From: a virus
Taxonomy: Duplodnaviria; Caudoviricetes
DNA length: 33,605 nt
Direction: 5' to 3' (one strand)
IMG/VR virus record: IMGVR_UViG_3300032319_000307
Location: 1 to 33,605 of that record
A program made the position numbers and the translations under genes. The first letter of the stretch is position 1; every line of letters starts with the position of its first letter. This document shows, in pieces, positions 25,050-33,605 of the stretch. A model generated the notes under the pieces. That model did not search any database. It was not told the DNA's origin and saw only the letters and a program-made list of their open reading frames with translations.

Positions 25050-26234
25050 ATGGACGCACTACAAGAATATTTCGGAATTGAAGCATTTGACTTTGAAGGT
25101 AATAAAAAGATACTACTAGATAATCTTAACCAATTAAAGGGTATGACTGTTGAAGAACAGACATTTTACAAAAAATGGTTAGAAGTTCAAGGTTATCGTG
25201 ATGTTGCAAATAAACTTAATACAATTAAGGCTCGTATATGGAGACCTGTAGATTTTAATGATGAAGGTGGTACGATTAAAGAAATTGAAAATTGTCAACC
25301 AGAATTAATTTATGTCGAATCAAAACAACATGTAGAGGATTGGAGTTTATTGCGAGTATTTGTTAGTACATTTGAGTTTAGTCAAACGCCTGGTAGATTT
25401 CTAAAGTTTTTGATTGTTGATAAAAATAAACCAGAAACTCCTTATTTGGGTGTACTTGCTGTAAGTAGTGATGTAATTACTATTACAGATCGAGATAAGT
25501 ATATTGGTTGGAATACAGATAATAAGATTAAAGACAAAAAATTAGCTCATAGTGCAATTGGTAGTAGTATTATCAGTACACAACCATTTGGATATAATTT
25601 TCTAGGTGGTAAGCTTGCTGCCGCAATGGTTGTAAGTAGCGGAGTACGAGATTTATGGAAGAAACTATACGGTCAAACTCTTATTGGAATGACTACTACA
25701 TCTCTGTATGGTAGTTACAGTATGTATAACAGTTTAAAATGGTGGCATAAATGTGGATCTAGCGCCGGTAAAGTTGCTATTAAACCAGACGGTGACATTT
25801 ATAAAGTATGGCATGATTGGGTAAAAGAAAATTGTGCTGAAAAGTACGATAAAGCTATGACTCAAAAAGAAGGTATTAGTGGACCTGTAACTGGAGCTAA
25901 ATCCAGAGTCATCAATATGATTTTTAGTAAGTGTAGTATTAAACAGAGTCATTATATGCACGGTTATGAACGAGGAGTCTATTACAGTTGTTTTTATGAG
26001 AATTCTAAAGAATTTCTTCAAAATAAAATTATGGATGAACAGTTAATTATGAAAGACTTGTTTAAACGTGATATGAATGGTATTTTGGATTGGTGGCGAC
26101 CAAAGGCTATTGAACGATACAAAAAGTTAAAGAGTGAAGGTAATTTAAAGACTGACATACATTTCTATAACCAAATGATAGGTATGTCATACGATCAAGC
26201 TAAAGAAGTATATTTTCATGAAGTTGGTCGTTGA
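25050..26234 (+). CDS. DUF4338/Druantia DruA-like protein
   Basis: PGRFLKFLI, RDKYIGW, QPFGYNFLGGKLAA and TTTSLYGSYSMYN match motifs I recall for the DUF4338/DruA family. Confidence 0.7.
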   Translation: MDALQEYFGIEAFDFEGNKKILLDNLNQLKGMTVEEQTFYKKWLEVQGYRDVANKLNTIKARIWRPVDFNDEGGTIKEIENCQPELIYVESKQHVEDWSLLRVFVSTFEFSQTPGRFLKFLIVDKNKPETPYLGVLAVSSDVITITDRDKYIGWNTDNKIKDKKLAHSAIGSSIISTQPFGYNFLGGKLAAAMVVSSGVRDLWKKLYGQTLIGMTTTSLYGSYSMYNSLKWWHKCGSSAGKVAIKPDGDIYKVWHDWVKENCAEKYDKAMTQKEGISGPVTGAKSRVINMIFSKCSIKQSHYMHGYERGVYYSCFYENSKEFLQNKIMDEQLIMKDLFKRDMNGILDWWRPKAIERYKKLKSEGNLKTDIHFYNQMIGMSYDQAKEVYFHEVGR

Positions 26235-26259
26235 CATTTTATAAAATGTATGATAGAGT
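26231..26259 (+). promoter_or_regulatory. Putative sigma70 promoter for uvsE
   Basis: TTGACA (containing the upstream TGA stop), 17-bp spacer ending TGA, TAGAGT. Confidence 0.5.
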
Positions 26260-26265
26260 GTATAC

Positions 26266-27177
26266 ATGACTAAATCACTCTGTTGTATTTCATTAAAATT
26301 ACAAAAACAAAAAATTCGAGCTTCGACAATGACGAAGACTCGATTTCTTGCGTTGGAGCGTAAACACGCTGAAAACATTGTAGCTGATCGTACTCTTAAT
26401 AATGTAGTGGTCACACGTAAAACGTTGGAATACTGTGCTTTACACAAATGGAACTATCGAATTAGCAGTGGTCTGATGCCATTGGAAACTTTACCAGAAG
26501 CTAATTTAGCTATCGAAAACACATACAACTATACAAAAATCAAACAAGAATTTAATTTGTGTGATACTGTTATCAAGAAAAACAAAATTAGGTGTAGCAC
26601 ACATCCAGATCAATTTGTTGTTCCGGCAAGTGCAACTAAATCTGTAGTCGAAAAATCTATTGTTGAATTAAAATCACATGGAAAAATAATGGATGCTATG
26701 GGATTACCTCAATCATATGAGTCTCCCATTAATATTCATATGAATATTTATAAAGGTGGTACTAAAGAAATTGCTAAACGGTTTATTGATGTATATAATG
26801 ATTTACCTATTAATGTAAAGTCTCGATTGGTACTTGAATTAGAAGATAAACCCAATAGTTGGGGATTGATTAATCTTTATGATCTGATATATCAAAAAAC
26901 AGGAATCCCCATTACTTATGACTCACATCATTTTAGATTAAATAATCCAGAAAATATTTCTCCTGAAAAAGCCATCTTAATGTGTATGGAAACTTGGGGT
27001 AAATATAAACCGTTATTTCACTACAGTAATGGTAGATCTGGTCCAACAGACCGAGCACATTCAGATTATGTATATACTTTACACAAAGAATTATTTGAAA
27101 ATGACGTTGATGTAGAGTTTGAGTTCAAAGCAAAAGACTATGCTCTTGAACGTTTTGAAAAAGAATTTAAACTTTAA
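26266..27177 (+). CDS. uvsE: UV-damage endonuclease (UvsE/UVDE)
   Basis: YRISSGLMP, HPDQF, INIH, RLVLELED, DSHH, PLFHYS, RAHSDY, EFKAKD. Confidence 0.92.
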   Translation: MTKSLCCISLKLQKQKIRASTMTKTRFLALERKHAENIVADRTLNNVVVTRKTLEYCALHKWNYRISSGLMPLETLPEANLAIENTYNYTKIKQEFNLCDTVIKKNKIRCSTHPDQFVVPASATKSVVEKSIVELKSHGKIMDAMGLPQSYESPINIHMNIYKGGTKEIAKRFIDVYNDLPINVKSRLVLELEDKPNSWGLINLYDLIYQKTGIPITYDSHHFRLNNPENISPEKAILMCMETWGKYKPLFHYSNGRSGPTDRAHSDYVYTLHKELFENDVDVEFEFKAKDYALERFEKEFKL

Positions 27178-27189
27178 TTGAAAAAGTTG

Positions 27190-27218
27190 TTGACAGTTTG
27201 AACAATGGATGGTAAAAT
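27190..27218 (+). promoter_or_regulatory. Strong sigma70 promoter
   Basis: A-rich UP region, TTGACA, 17-bp spacer ending TGG, TAAAAT. Confidence 0.8.
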
Positions 27219-27286
27219 AAATTTAAGTTAGTAACGAATCTAACGAAACAAAAAAAACAAACAAAAAAAGAAAGTAATAAAATAAT

Positions 27287-27589
27287 ATGTATACTCGTAC
27301 AAATACTCGTAATAAGACTAACTTCGTAGGCCATAACACCGCTGGTGTTGAGATTTACCTCTCCACTCCTCTAGCGAAGGCCAAGAAGGCTTCACGCTTG
27401 ACACTACGTAGTGGTAAGACCCGCGTTGACCTAGATGGTCGTCAGATTAAGGCACTACGTGAAGTCTTGAATGCTGGTTATAGTGCCGTCGGTTCAGTCA
27501 TTGACCACGATGTACCGGCCCTACCAACCCAAGTCAAGTCGCTTGCCGTTAAGGATGCTCGTACAATGGTTGCTAGTCGTAAGGCTTAA
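27287..27589 (+). CDS. Small basic hypothetical protein, probably highly expressed
   Basis: 100 aa, Arg/Lys-rich; higher GC with CGT/AAG/GGT codon bias; long A-rich leader. Confidence 0.75.
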   Translation: MYTRTNTRNKTNFVGHNTAGVEIYLSTPLAKAKKASRLTLRSGKTRVDLDGRQIKALREVLNAGYSAVGSVIDHDVPALPTQVKSLAVKDARTMVASRKA

Positions 27590-27632
27590 TTGAAATAAAT
27601 GTTAACACATATATGTAGATAGTTATACACAT

Positions 27633-27884
27633 ATGAGTTATATTTTCAATAATCAATCAATGATGTGGTTACTACTAATAATAGTGACCATTTTTACTTT
27701 TGCAAACTTTTATTTGTTTATCCGATTACTTAGACAAGTTGATGATCATCAAATTCTTACCTTAGACGCATTAGAGTTACTCAGAGTTAAAAATAATAAA
27801 ATATCAAAAGATATTGAAACGTTGCATAAACGTAGTAGAATGATGAATAATGAAACAAAAGAAAACAACAGAAGAAAAGAGTAA
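27633..27884 (+). CDS. Small single-pass membrane protein with a coiled-coil tail
   Basis: MMWLLLIIVTIFTFANFYLFI hydrophobic helix. Confidence 0.6.
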   Translation: MSYIFNNQSMMWLLLIIVTIFTFANFYLFIRLLRQVDDHQILTLDALELLRVKNNKISKDIETLHKRSRMMNNETKENNRRKE

Positions 27885-28323
27885 ATCCAGAGGATTGTTT
27901 GATCATATAAATCATATACGTGAAGTAAAAGATCAGGAGTATTATACAAATTTATCGGATGCTGAAAAAACTACTTTTAACAAGTATATGATCGTTAGAT
28001 TTTTGAGCATGGATGTTGACTTAGTGGAAGATATTGCGTTTATTTCTAAATATTTTCAATTAATCCCAGATGAACAATTTTACAAAATACTAATTGAGGT
28101 TGTGCCAAAAGGCAGAAAGTTTTGTAAGTATATCAAAGGATCTAATGATAATATAAACAAAACTCTTTTGGAATGTATATGTAAGAAATTCTCAGTTGGA
28201 GAATCCGATGCTAAGGATTATTACAATGTGTTAAAATCTTCCGAATTAGGCATTACAGATTTGATAAGCTTGATTGAAGGATTTGGTTATGCTGAAAAAG
28301 AAATAGAAAAGATGTTATCATGA
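27850..28323 (+). CDS. Clamp loader small subunit, T4 gp62-like
   Basis: LFDHINHI...FNKYMIVRFLSMD...QFYKILIEVVPKGRKFCKYIK resembles the gp62 family pattern. Confidence 0.65.
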   Translation: MKQKKTTEEKSKSRGLFDHINHIREVKDQEYYTNLSDAEKTTFNKYMIVRFLSMDVDLVEDIAFISKYFQLIPDEQFYKILIEVVPKGRKFCKYIKGSNDNINKTLLECICKKFSVGESDAKDYYNVLKSSELGITDLISLIEGFGYAEKEIEKMLS

Positions 28324-28952
28324 AAATTATAGGAATATCAGGATTTGCTAGATGTGGTAAAGATTTGTTTACTACGGTTGCACAGCAAATATTAACTGAA
28401 CGTGGTCTTAAAACTGAAAGATATGCTTTAGCATATGAACTTAAGAGTGATTTGAAAGATTTCATCAAAGAAAAAGTTGGTTTGGATTCTTTTACTGAAA
28501 AGACAGAGGAGAAAAATATTATTCGACCTTTATTGGTTGCTTATGGCGATGTAATGAGAAGGTCAACTACTGGTAAATATTGGACCCAAAAAGTTGAACA
28601 ACGTATACACAATAGTAATGCCGATGTTGTGTTTATAACTGATATACGTTATGATTTTTATCCGGAGGACGAATGTACTTGGTTACAACATAAAATGAAC
28701 GGACAATTGGTACACATAACAAAATACAGGTTATCGACAATGCCTTCGGGTAAACGGTTTAGTAAAAACAAGATTACAAAGATTTATGACTCGGCACCAA
28801 ATGATCATGAGTTACTAAACAATCCTAAGATTATTAAAAGATCAAATGTTACAATTGAATGGCAAGATTATTCAGAATGTTCTGATATAAAAAATCATCC
28901 AGTTATTCATGCGACTGTGATGTCTACGTTAAAACAAATCAACGCAATGTAA
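28320..28952 (+). CDS. Deoxynucleoside monophosphate kinase-like P-loop kinase
   Basis: IIGISGFARCGKD, RPLLVAYG, VFITDIRY. Confidence 0.8.
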   Translation: MKIIGISGFARCGKDLFTTVAQQILTERGLKTERYALAYELKSDLKDFIKEKVGLDSFTEKTEEKNIIRPLLVAYGDVMRRSTTGKYWTQKVEQRIHNSNADVVFITDIRYDFYPEDECTWLQHKMNGQLVHITKYRLSTMPSGKRFSKNKITKIYDSAPNDHELLNNPKIIKRSNVTIEWQDYSECSDIKNHPVIHATVMSTLKQINAM

Positions 28953-29220
28953 TATTAGAAATGACATGATTACTACCATGTGTAAATGTTATGGTAGAAT
29001 CTGTTGTTTTGGTACGGAAATAGTCTATCATAGACGGTGCTACTTTACTAGCAAAGTTAATATAAAGCACATTACACTCTTCAGATTTTTGTACTTTTTT
29101 TGATTTTTGACAGCTACATATTTTGCTTAATTGTGTGACACAGTCCCTCAAGTTATTTAGTGATGAGATTTGATCCGATCCTATAAAACTTAAACACGAT
29201 TGATAACTTCCTATGTTCAT
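28939..29220 (-). CDS. Hypothetical Cys-containing protein
   Basis: 93 aa, ATGA-coupled to the upstream methyltransferase gene. Confidence 0.6.
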   Translation of the reverse strand: MNIGSYQSCLSFIGSDQISSLNNLRDCVTQLSKICSCQKSKKVQKSEECNVLYINFASKVAPSMIDYFRTKTTDSTITFTHGSNHVISNITLR

Positions 29221-29846
29221 GAATTTAAAATGGTTTTAATTAAATTAGATAATGATTCGATTGATTTTTGTGAGTAATTACCTGTGAATACGCTTAATTC
29301 TGCATTTAATTCTTTTACTAATTCGTTGTAGTATTGTATTTTATTTGACAGTTCTCTTACTTTAATAATATCATGAACGGTTGTACCACATAATATATGA
29401 AATTTATTTCTTAAATTATTTTGTTTGAAGTCTTCCCACAAGTAAAGTTCGGCGCCTTCAATATTAACTTTTAAAATATTTATACAATTATCTAGATTTA
29501 TATTTTTTTCTAACAACCAATTAGAAAATGTATTCGACTCTACTTCATAGAATTTAAAAGGATCGACGTTATTTTTTGAGGGAAAAATAGAATTGCCTAA
29601 TCCACCATTATCCGATTTATATAATTTTACGTTACCTTTTGAATTTGATATTGCAATATTTTCTACATGAACATTTGGATTATTCTTATATCTATCTTTG
29701 ACTATATTAGCTGAATCTGGATCTGCTTCAAATCCATAAACCGAATATGTTACATTTTTAAATTGTGATGCAACGTGTTCTATAAATAAATTAATTTCTG
29801 CGGCGTCATAACACAATCCCATGTCAAAATAATTTATATGATTCAT
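29217..29846 (-). CDS. FkbM-family SAM-dependent methyltransferase
   Basis: VYGFEAD, ENIAIS, ILKVNIEGAE. Confidence 0.8.
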   Translation of the reverse strand: MNHINYFDMGLCYDAAEINLFIEHVASQFKNVTYSVYGFEADPDSANIVKDRYKNNPNVHVENIAISNSKGNVKLYKSDNGGLGNSIFPSKNNVDPFKFYEVESNTFSNWLLEKNINLDNCINILKVNIEGAELYLWEDFKQNNLRNKFHILCGTTVHDIIKVRELSNKIQYYNELVKELNAELSVFTGNYSQKSIESLSNLIKTILNS

Positions 29847-30220
29847 AACAATTTACGAGCGGTGAGGTACACTAACAAACTGGTGATATAGTTGATGGGA
29901 AACATTAATATTCCAACCTCAATTTGTGTATTTGTGATATACGATAAAATACTAAGCCCTACTAAAGTAGACCAAAAACATAAACAAATTGGACACGAAA
30001 TTAACTTTGTTATGTAGCCTGGATACATACTATGTAAAAAGTTTGGATAACTGGACATTACATCAATTTCCATTTTATATTTGTGGAACTCATTTATTTT
30101 AAATAAATTTCTTGTATTGGTTAGATTTGCAATGGTTTGTATAATATCACTTTCAAACCAAACTACCATTATAAATGAAACATAAAATATCAGTGGTATA
30201 TTTAAATCGGTTAGGTTCAT
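29843..30220 (-). CDS. Membrane protein with a CxxC motif (DUF1360-like)
   Basis: Several hydrophobic helices; KLISCPICLCFW. Confidence 0.6.
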   Translation of the reverse strand: MNLTDLNIPLIFYVSFIMVVWFESDIIQTIANLTNTRNLFKINEFHKYKMEIDVMSSYPNFLHSMYPGYITKLISCPICLCFWSTLVGLSILSYITNTQIEVGILMFPINYITSLLVYLTARKLL

Positions 30221-31014
30221 ATATTTTTCTTCAATTGTTGTTCGTTACTTTCTAATACAGTCTTTAATATAGATAGATCAACACCTACTTTTTCACCCAA
30301 TTTAACCATAGCTTTTGTATCTTTTGGAAAACATTTTCCACCAAATCCACGTTCTCCAGTAAATACAGCTGTATGAGATTTAGTTGTACGAGGGTCCAAT
30401 AACCATAAATCTCGTACTTCATAGTAATTGGTGCCTAACTTTTCACACAGATCGTATATCTCATTACAATACGCAACTTTCATTGTCAGATGAGTATTGG
30501 TAACATATTTTGTAACTTCGGCAGTAATTGGTTCGGTTACTCTATATGTTTTACTTGGACCTGTAATTGGAGTATAAATTTCAATCAATTTATAACATAA
30601 TTCTTTTTTACCGCCAAAAATAAAGAATGGAGTTTGTTTAACATCGGTTGTAAACCCATCGGGGGTCCAATACTTTGACTCTCCGGCAAATTCCGGACTA
30701 AATACAATTCCCTTGTTGTATGTTTTAATTAACATATCGGTAGTACCAATTTCTACCGTACTCTTAAGAAGTATCAATGGGGTAGTTAACCAACTAACAG
30801 TTTCTTCCACAATACTAGTATTACAACTACCGTCTGTATTTTCAGGCGTAGGTACACAGATTACGCCTAAATCACATTTATTGATTTCTTCTTTTGTACA
30901 TGACATTATATACGACGGATCGTATATCAATACTTCATAATGACTTTTAAAGAAATCATGAAATACTTTGCCTACATAACCATATCCAATTATACCAATT
31001 TTAACTTTTTTCAT
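30217..31014 (-). CDS. UDP-glucose/GDP-mannose dehydrogenase family protein (short form)
   Basis: GIIGYGYVG, ICVPTP, LKSTV, FSPEF, AEVTKY, GFGGKCFPKD. Start at ATG 31014 overlaps the upstream TGA. Confidence 0.9.
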   Translation of the reverse strand: MKKVKIGIIGYGYVGKVFHDFFKSHYEVLIYDPSYIMSCTKEEINKCDLGVICVPTPENTDGSCNTSIVEETVSWLTTPLILLKSTVEIGTTDMLIKTYNKGIVFSPEFAGESKYWTPDGFTTDVKQTPFFIFGGKKELCYKLIEIYTPITGPSKTYRVTEPITAEVTKYVTNTHLTMKVAYCNEIYDLCEKLGTNYYEVRDLWLLDPRTTKSHTAVFTGERGFGGKCFPKDTKAMVKLGEKVGVDLSILKTVLESNEQQLKKNI

Positions 31015-32213
31015 GCCAATTTGTTTTGATACCAATTGTCTTTTATATTAATTAGGTTATTGTTATGGTCAGATAGTTTATTTATTTTTAATTTGAAGAT
31101 GTCAAATTCAGATTCCCCAATTTGACCACTGTCTTCTAACATTAACTGTAACATATTAAAGAATTCAAAACTTTGATTTGTTAACTTAACCGCGTCAAAT
31201 TCAATAATAACATCATTTAATTTTTGATCTTCGTAACGTTTCAATTTTTTAGTCAAATTAAACTTCGTATTCTTTTGTTCTGCTTGAATATAACGATCAT
31301 ATGGAACGTCTGTATAAATCGTGTCACACCAAGGTTCTAATAGAGCAAGTTTATAGTCATCACAGTTGCGTACCACAAACCCTACATCATAACGTTTCGG
31401 TACGATTGGTTTCATGGTATCATTGTGTTTAACGAAATGTCCCCACTTACGAATGAAGTTTCTGGCACTTCTATTGTTTTGAGCTAACCATTCATCACTT
31501 TCTTTACCTACGGTAGTTATCGTTGGATTATATCTACTACCTCTACATGTCATGTGATATACACACCCTTCCCACGTTTGTACAAACTTGTATCCATTCA
31601 ATAGAAAACGATTGAATATATCACTGTCTTCTTTGCTTTGAGGTGCATATAGATCATCGTGGCCGCCTATAGATTGGAAATCACTCTTATAAATGGCCCA
31701 CGGCGCAAAGATTCCTTCTGTGGTTTTATCTTTTCTTGTTAAACGCGTGTCATTGAACCATTTTAAAAAACCAGCTTCATTAAACTCTTCTGGCTCATTT
31801 CCGAAGGCTTGTACAATCTTTTCTGGTCCCGGAGGATGTAGAGGTGGTTCGATTCGGGTAAGACTAACGATTGTACCTGGTTGAATATACTTTTCTACAT
31901 AATCAAATGTTTTTGGACACAGATACATATCACAGTGCCATATCATAAAAACATCGGTATTAACCAATTCATTTACTATTCTATCGTATAATATTGTGTG
32001 TCCCAATCGATCCGGTCCGTCATTTACAATATATTTAAACTTATCATCTTTTAGTGATAATTCTTTGTAATATTCAACGGTTCCATCCTTACAAGCGTCA
32101 GCGGCGGAACATATATATACTTCATGATTACCTTGATTTTTTTTTATTGAGTCGTATGACCACTTAAAATATTTTAAGTTATCTCTGTTAGGTACAACTA
32201 AGCTTATTTTCAT
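31011..32213 (-). CDS. Glycosyltransferase family 2
   Basis: ISLVVP, DACKDGT, HCDM, IGGHD...EDSD, YHMTCRGSR. Confidence 0.85.
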   Translation of the reverse strand: MKISLVVPNRDNLKYFKWSYDSIKKNQGNHEVYICSAADACKDGTVEYYKELSLKDDKFKYIVNDGPDRLGHTILYDRIVNELVNTDVFMIWHCDMYLCPKTFDYVEKYIQPGTIVSLTRIEPPLHPPGPEKIVQAFGNEPEEFNEAGFLKWFNDTRLTRKDKTTEGIFAPWAIYKSDFQSIGGHDDLYAPQSKEDSDIFNRFLLNGYKFVQTWEGCVYHMTCRGSRYNPTITTVGKESDEWLAQNNRSARNFIRKWGHFVKHNDTMKPIVPKRYDVGFVVRNCDDYKLALLEPWCDTIYTDVPYDRYIQAEQKNTKFNLTKKLKRYEDQKLNDVIIEFDAVKLTNQSFEFFNMLQLMLEDSGQIGESEFDIFKLKINKLSDHNNNLINIKDNWYQNKLA

Positions 32214-32237
32214 ATTATATACTTATATTTTATAAAT

Positions 32238-33008
32238 TTAAAAAAGTTTATTATATGTCTTTGACATGTAGTATTCTACCTTGTTGCCGTATGACGTATC
32301 GGGTATGCCATTGAAATGATAAATCCAACCCAACTTTGTATATATAAGATCTTCTGTTAAACCTTCCGAGAGATTCAGTCCAGTCATATTATATTCATAT
32401 GGCAACACAGTTGTTTCTACGTTATTTGTCTGTAAAAAGAAATTCATTGGTGTTTGATCTGTACCCAATTTAATTTTTGATTCTACTTCATACAAATTTT
32501 CACGGTTATCAACATAAAACTGTTTAAATTTGTTTATATGTTCTTTATGACTTTCATTGAATATTTGAAACCCTCCATTGAGATATGTCCAAATATTTAA
32601 CTTATAGTCATTAAATACAAACTTACTATAACACTCTACGCTTCTCATAACCCATTCATATACAACTCCGTCATGTACACCTGTATATTTATGATTTGTC
32701 ATTTCAAAAAAGTTTGGACAGTTTGGATGTACAATAGTATCAGCATCAACAATTAATACTTGATCATAGTTGATTCCGCTGTTTTCAAGTATGTCCATTG
32801 CATAATAACGTTGCCATGCCATACTTGTTATATTAGAATCCATGATTGGCTGATCCAATACAACCACTTCACAGTTATTTTTCTTTGCAAAGTGTTTCCA
32901 ACTGTTTATGCTATATTCAAATATTTTATTAATAAGAGGAGTGTTACGTAACTTTTTCTCACCTTTATTAGAAATTACCGCCGGAATAAAAATAATGTTC
33001 TTTTTCAT
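32238..33008 (-). CDS. Glycosyltransferase, GT8-like GT-A fold
   Basis: VDADT (DxD), YLNGGF, DQTPMN, IYHFNG. Confidence 0.8.
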   Translation of the reverse strand: MKKNIIFIPAVISNKGEKKLRNTPLINKIFEYSINSWKHFAKKNNCEVVVLDQPIMDSNITSMAWQRYYAMDILENSGINYDQVLIVDADTIVHPNCPNFFEMTNHKYTGVHDGVVYEWVMRSVECYSKFVFNDYKLNIWTYLNGGFQIFNESHKEHINKFKQFYVDNRENLYEVESKIKLGTDQTPMNFFLQTNNVETTVLPYEYNMTGLNLSEGLTEDLIYTKLGWIYHFNGIPDTSYGNKVEYYMSKTYNKLF

Positions 33009-33605
33009 TAGTATAACTGTTTAGTTTGATTCCATATATCTTGAATCAGTTGTGTACGTTGTTCGATTGAAAACCCAGTAAAATGCCAAATGTTACCATA
33101 CTTTATAAAAAACGGAGTTGGATCGTTTAACTTGTCATTATGGAAGAAATAACCTTTCTTAATCATAGCAAATGTATTCCATGAATGAGATAGGTATTTT
33201 TTTGTAACGGTATTCTTTTTGAGTATTAGATTCAATACTGTTTGATCTCTGCCTGTATTAGGTACACTCCAGTTGTCAATAGCATTTTGATTGTGTAGAT
33301 AAAAATCTTTTACTTGATCAAAGATATATTTGTGGTTTTTAGTAAAGAATAATACTCCACTATTAATATATTCACTTATATTAATGTCTATATTTAGTTC
33401 TGGAAATGAGGATTTATAAGCAGTTAAACTATTATCTAACCAGTATAAGGAAGAGTTATCTACAACTCCACAAAATTCGTCCGTATACAAATCAAATGGA
33501 TTTGGACAATTCCAATGTGGCATAGTGTCAAAATCAACCATGCCAATCTTTTCGTATTTATCTCCTAAATAATCAAACACATAATGTTTGTTCCATTTAG
33601 CATGT
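33008..33605 (-). CDS. Glycosyltransferase, GT8-like, 5'-truncated by the window edge
   Basis: Frame is open to base 33605 (HAKWNKHYVFDY...); VDFDT, YINSGV, DQTVLN, IWHFTG; paralogous to the adjacent gene. Confidence 0.8.
   Translation of the reverse strand, partial: HAKWNKHYVFDYLGDKYEKIGMVDFDTMPHWNCPNPFDLYTDEFCGVVDNSSLYWLDNSLTAYKSSFPELNIDINISEYINSGVLFFTKNHKYIFDQVKDFYLHNQNAIDNWSVPNTGRDQTVLNLILKKNTVTKKYLSHSWNTFAMIKKGYFFHNDKLNDPTPFFIKYGNIWHFTGFSIEQRTQLIQDIWNQTKQLY

Noticed and set aside
25043-25050. T4 late promoter TATAAATA for the DruA-like gene
   Set aside because: Its last base is the A of the start codon, leaving no room for a transcript start; it fits better as TATTTATA for the minus-strand gene.
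1-33605. tRNA or rRNA genes
   Set aside because: Intergenic gaps are short and AT-rich and I saw no cloverleaf or T-loop signatures; a covariance-model scan would be needed to exclude them formally.

Overview
AT-rich fragment of a large T4-like (myovirus-type) phage genome in the standard genetic code. Left to right: end of a baseplate/tail module (1-5451), a short divergent family A DNA polymerase, a large hypothetical protein, and a replication/recombination block (gp32-like SSB, RecA/UvsX, 5'-3' exonuclease/RNase H, DnaB/gp41 helicase, class Ia nrdAB). These are followed by a membrane-anchored PAS protein, a sigma70-promoter-driven block (secreted QPVVY-repeat protein, MoxR-type AAA+ ATPase with VWA/HExxH partner, DruA/DUF4338-like protein, UvsE, gp62-like clamp loader subunit, dNMP kinase) and a minus-strand glycosylation cluster. 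The standout feature is a fractured recA/uvsX. Its two halves carry an atypically split intein (15-aa IntN, ~131-aa IntC, Thr+1), separated by a free-standing Vsr-like homing endonuclease whose ribosome-binding site is buried in a hairpin. The next gene (5'-3' exonuclease) is also broken inside its catalytic DG-x-N motif by a 5-nt stop/start insertion. A probable solo IS200/IS605 end scar and a likely gp32 autoregulatory operator lie upstream of the SSB gene. All family assignments come from motif recognition by eye; no searches were run.
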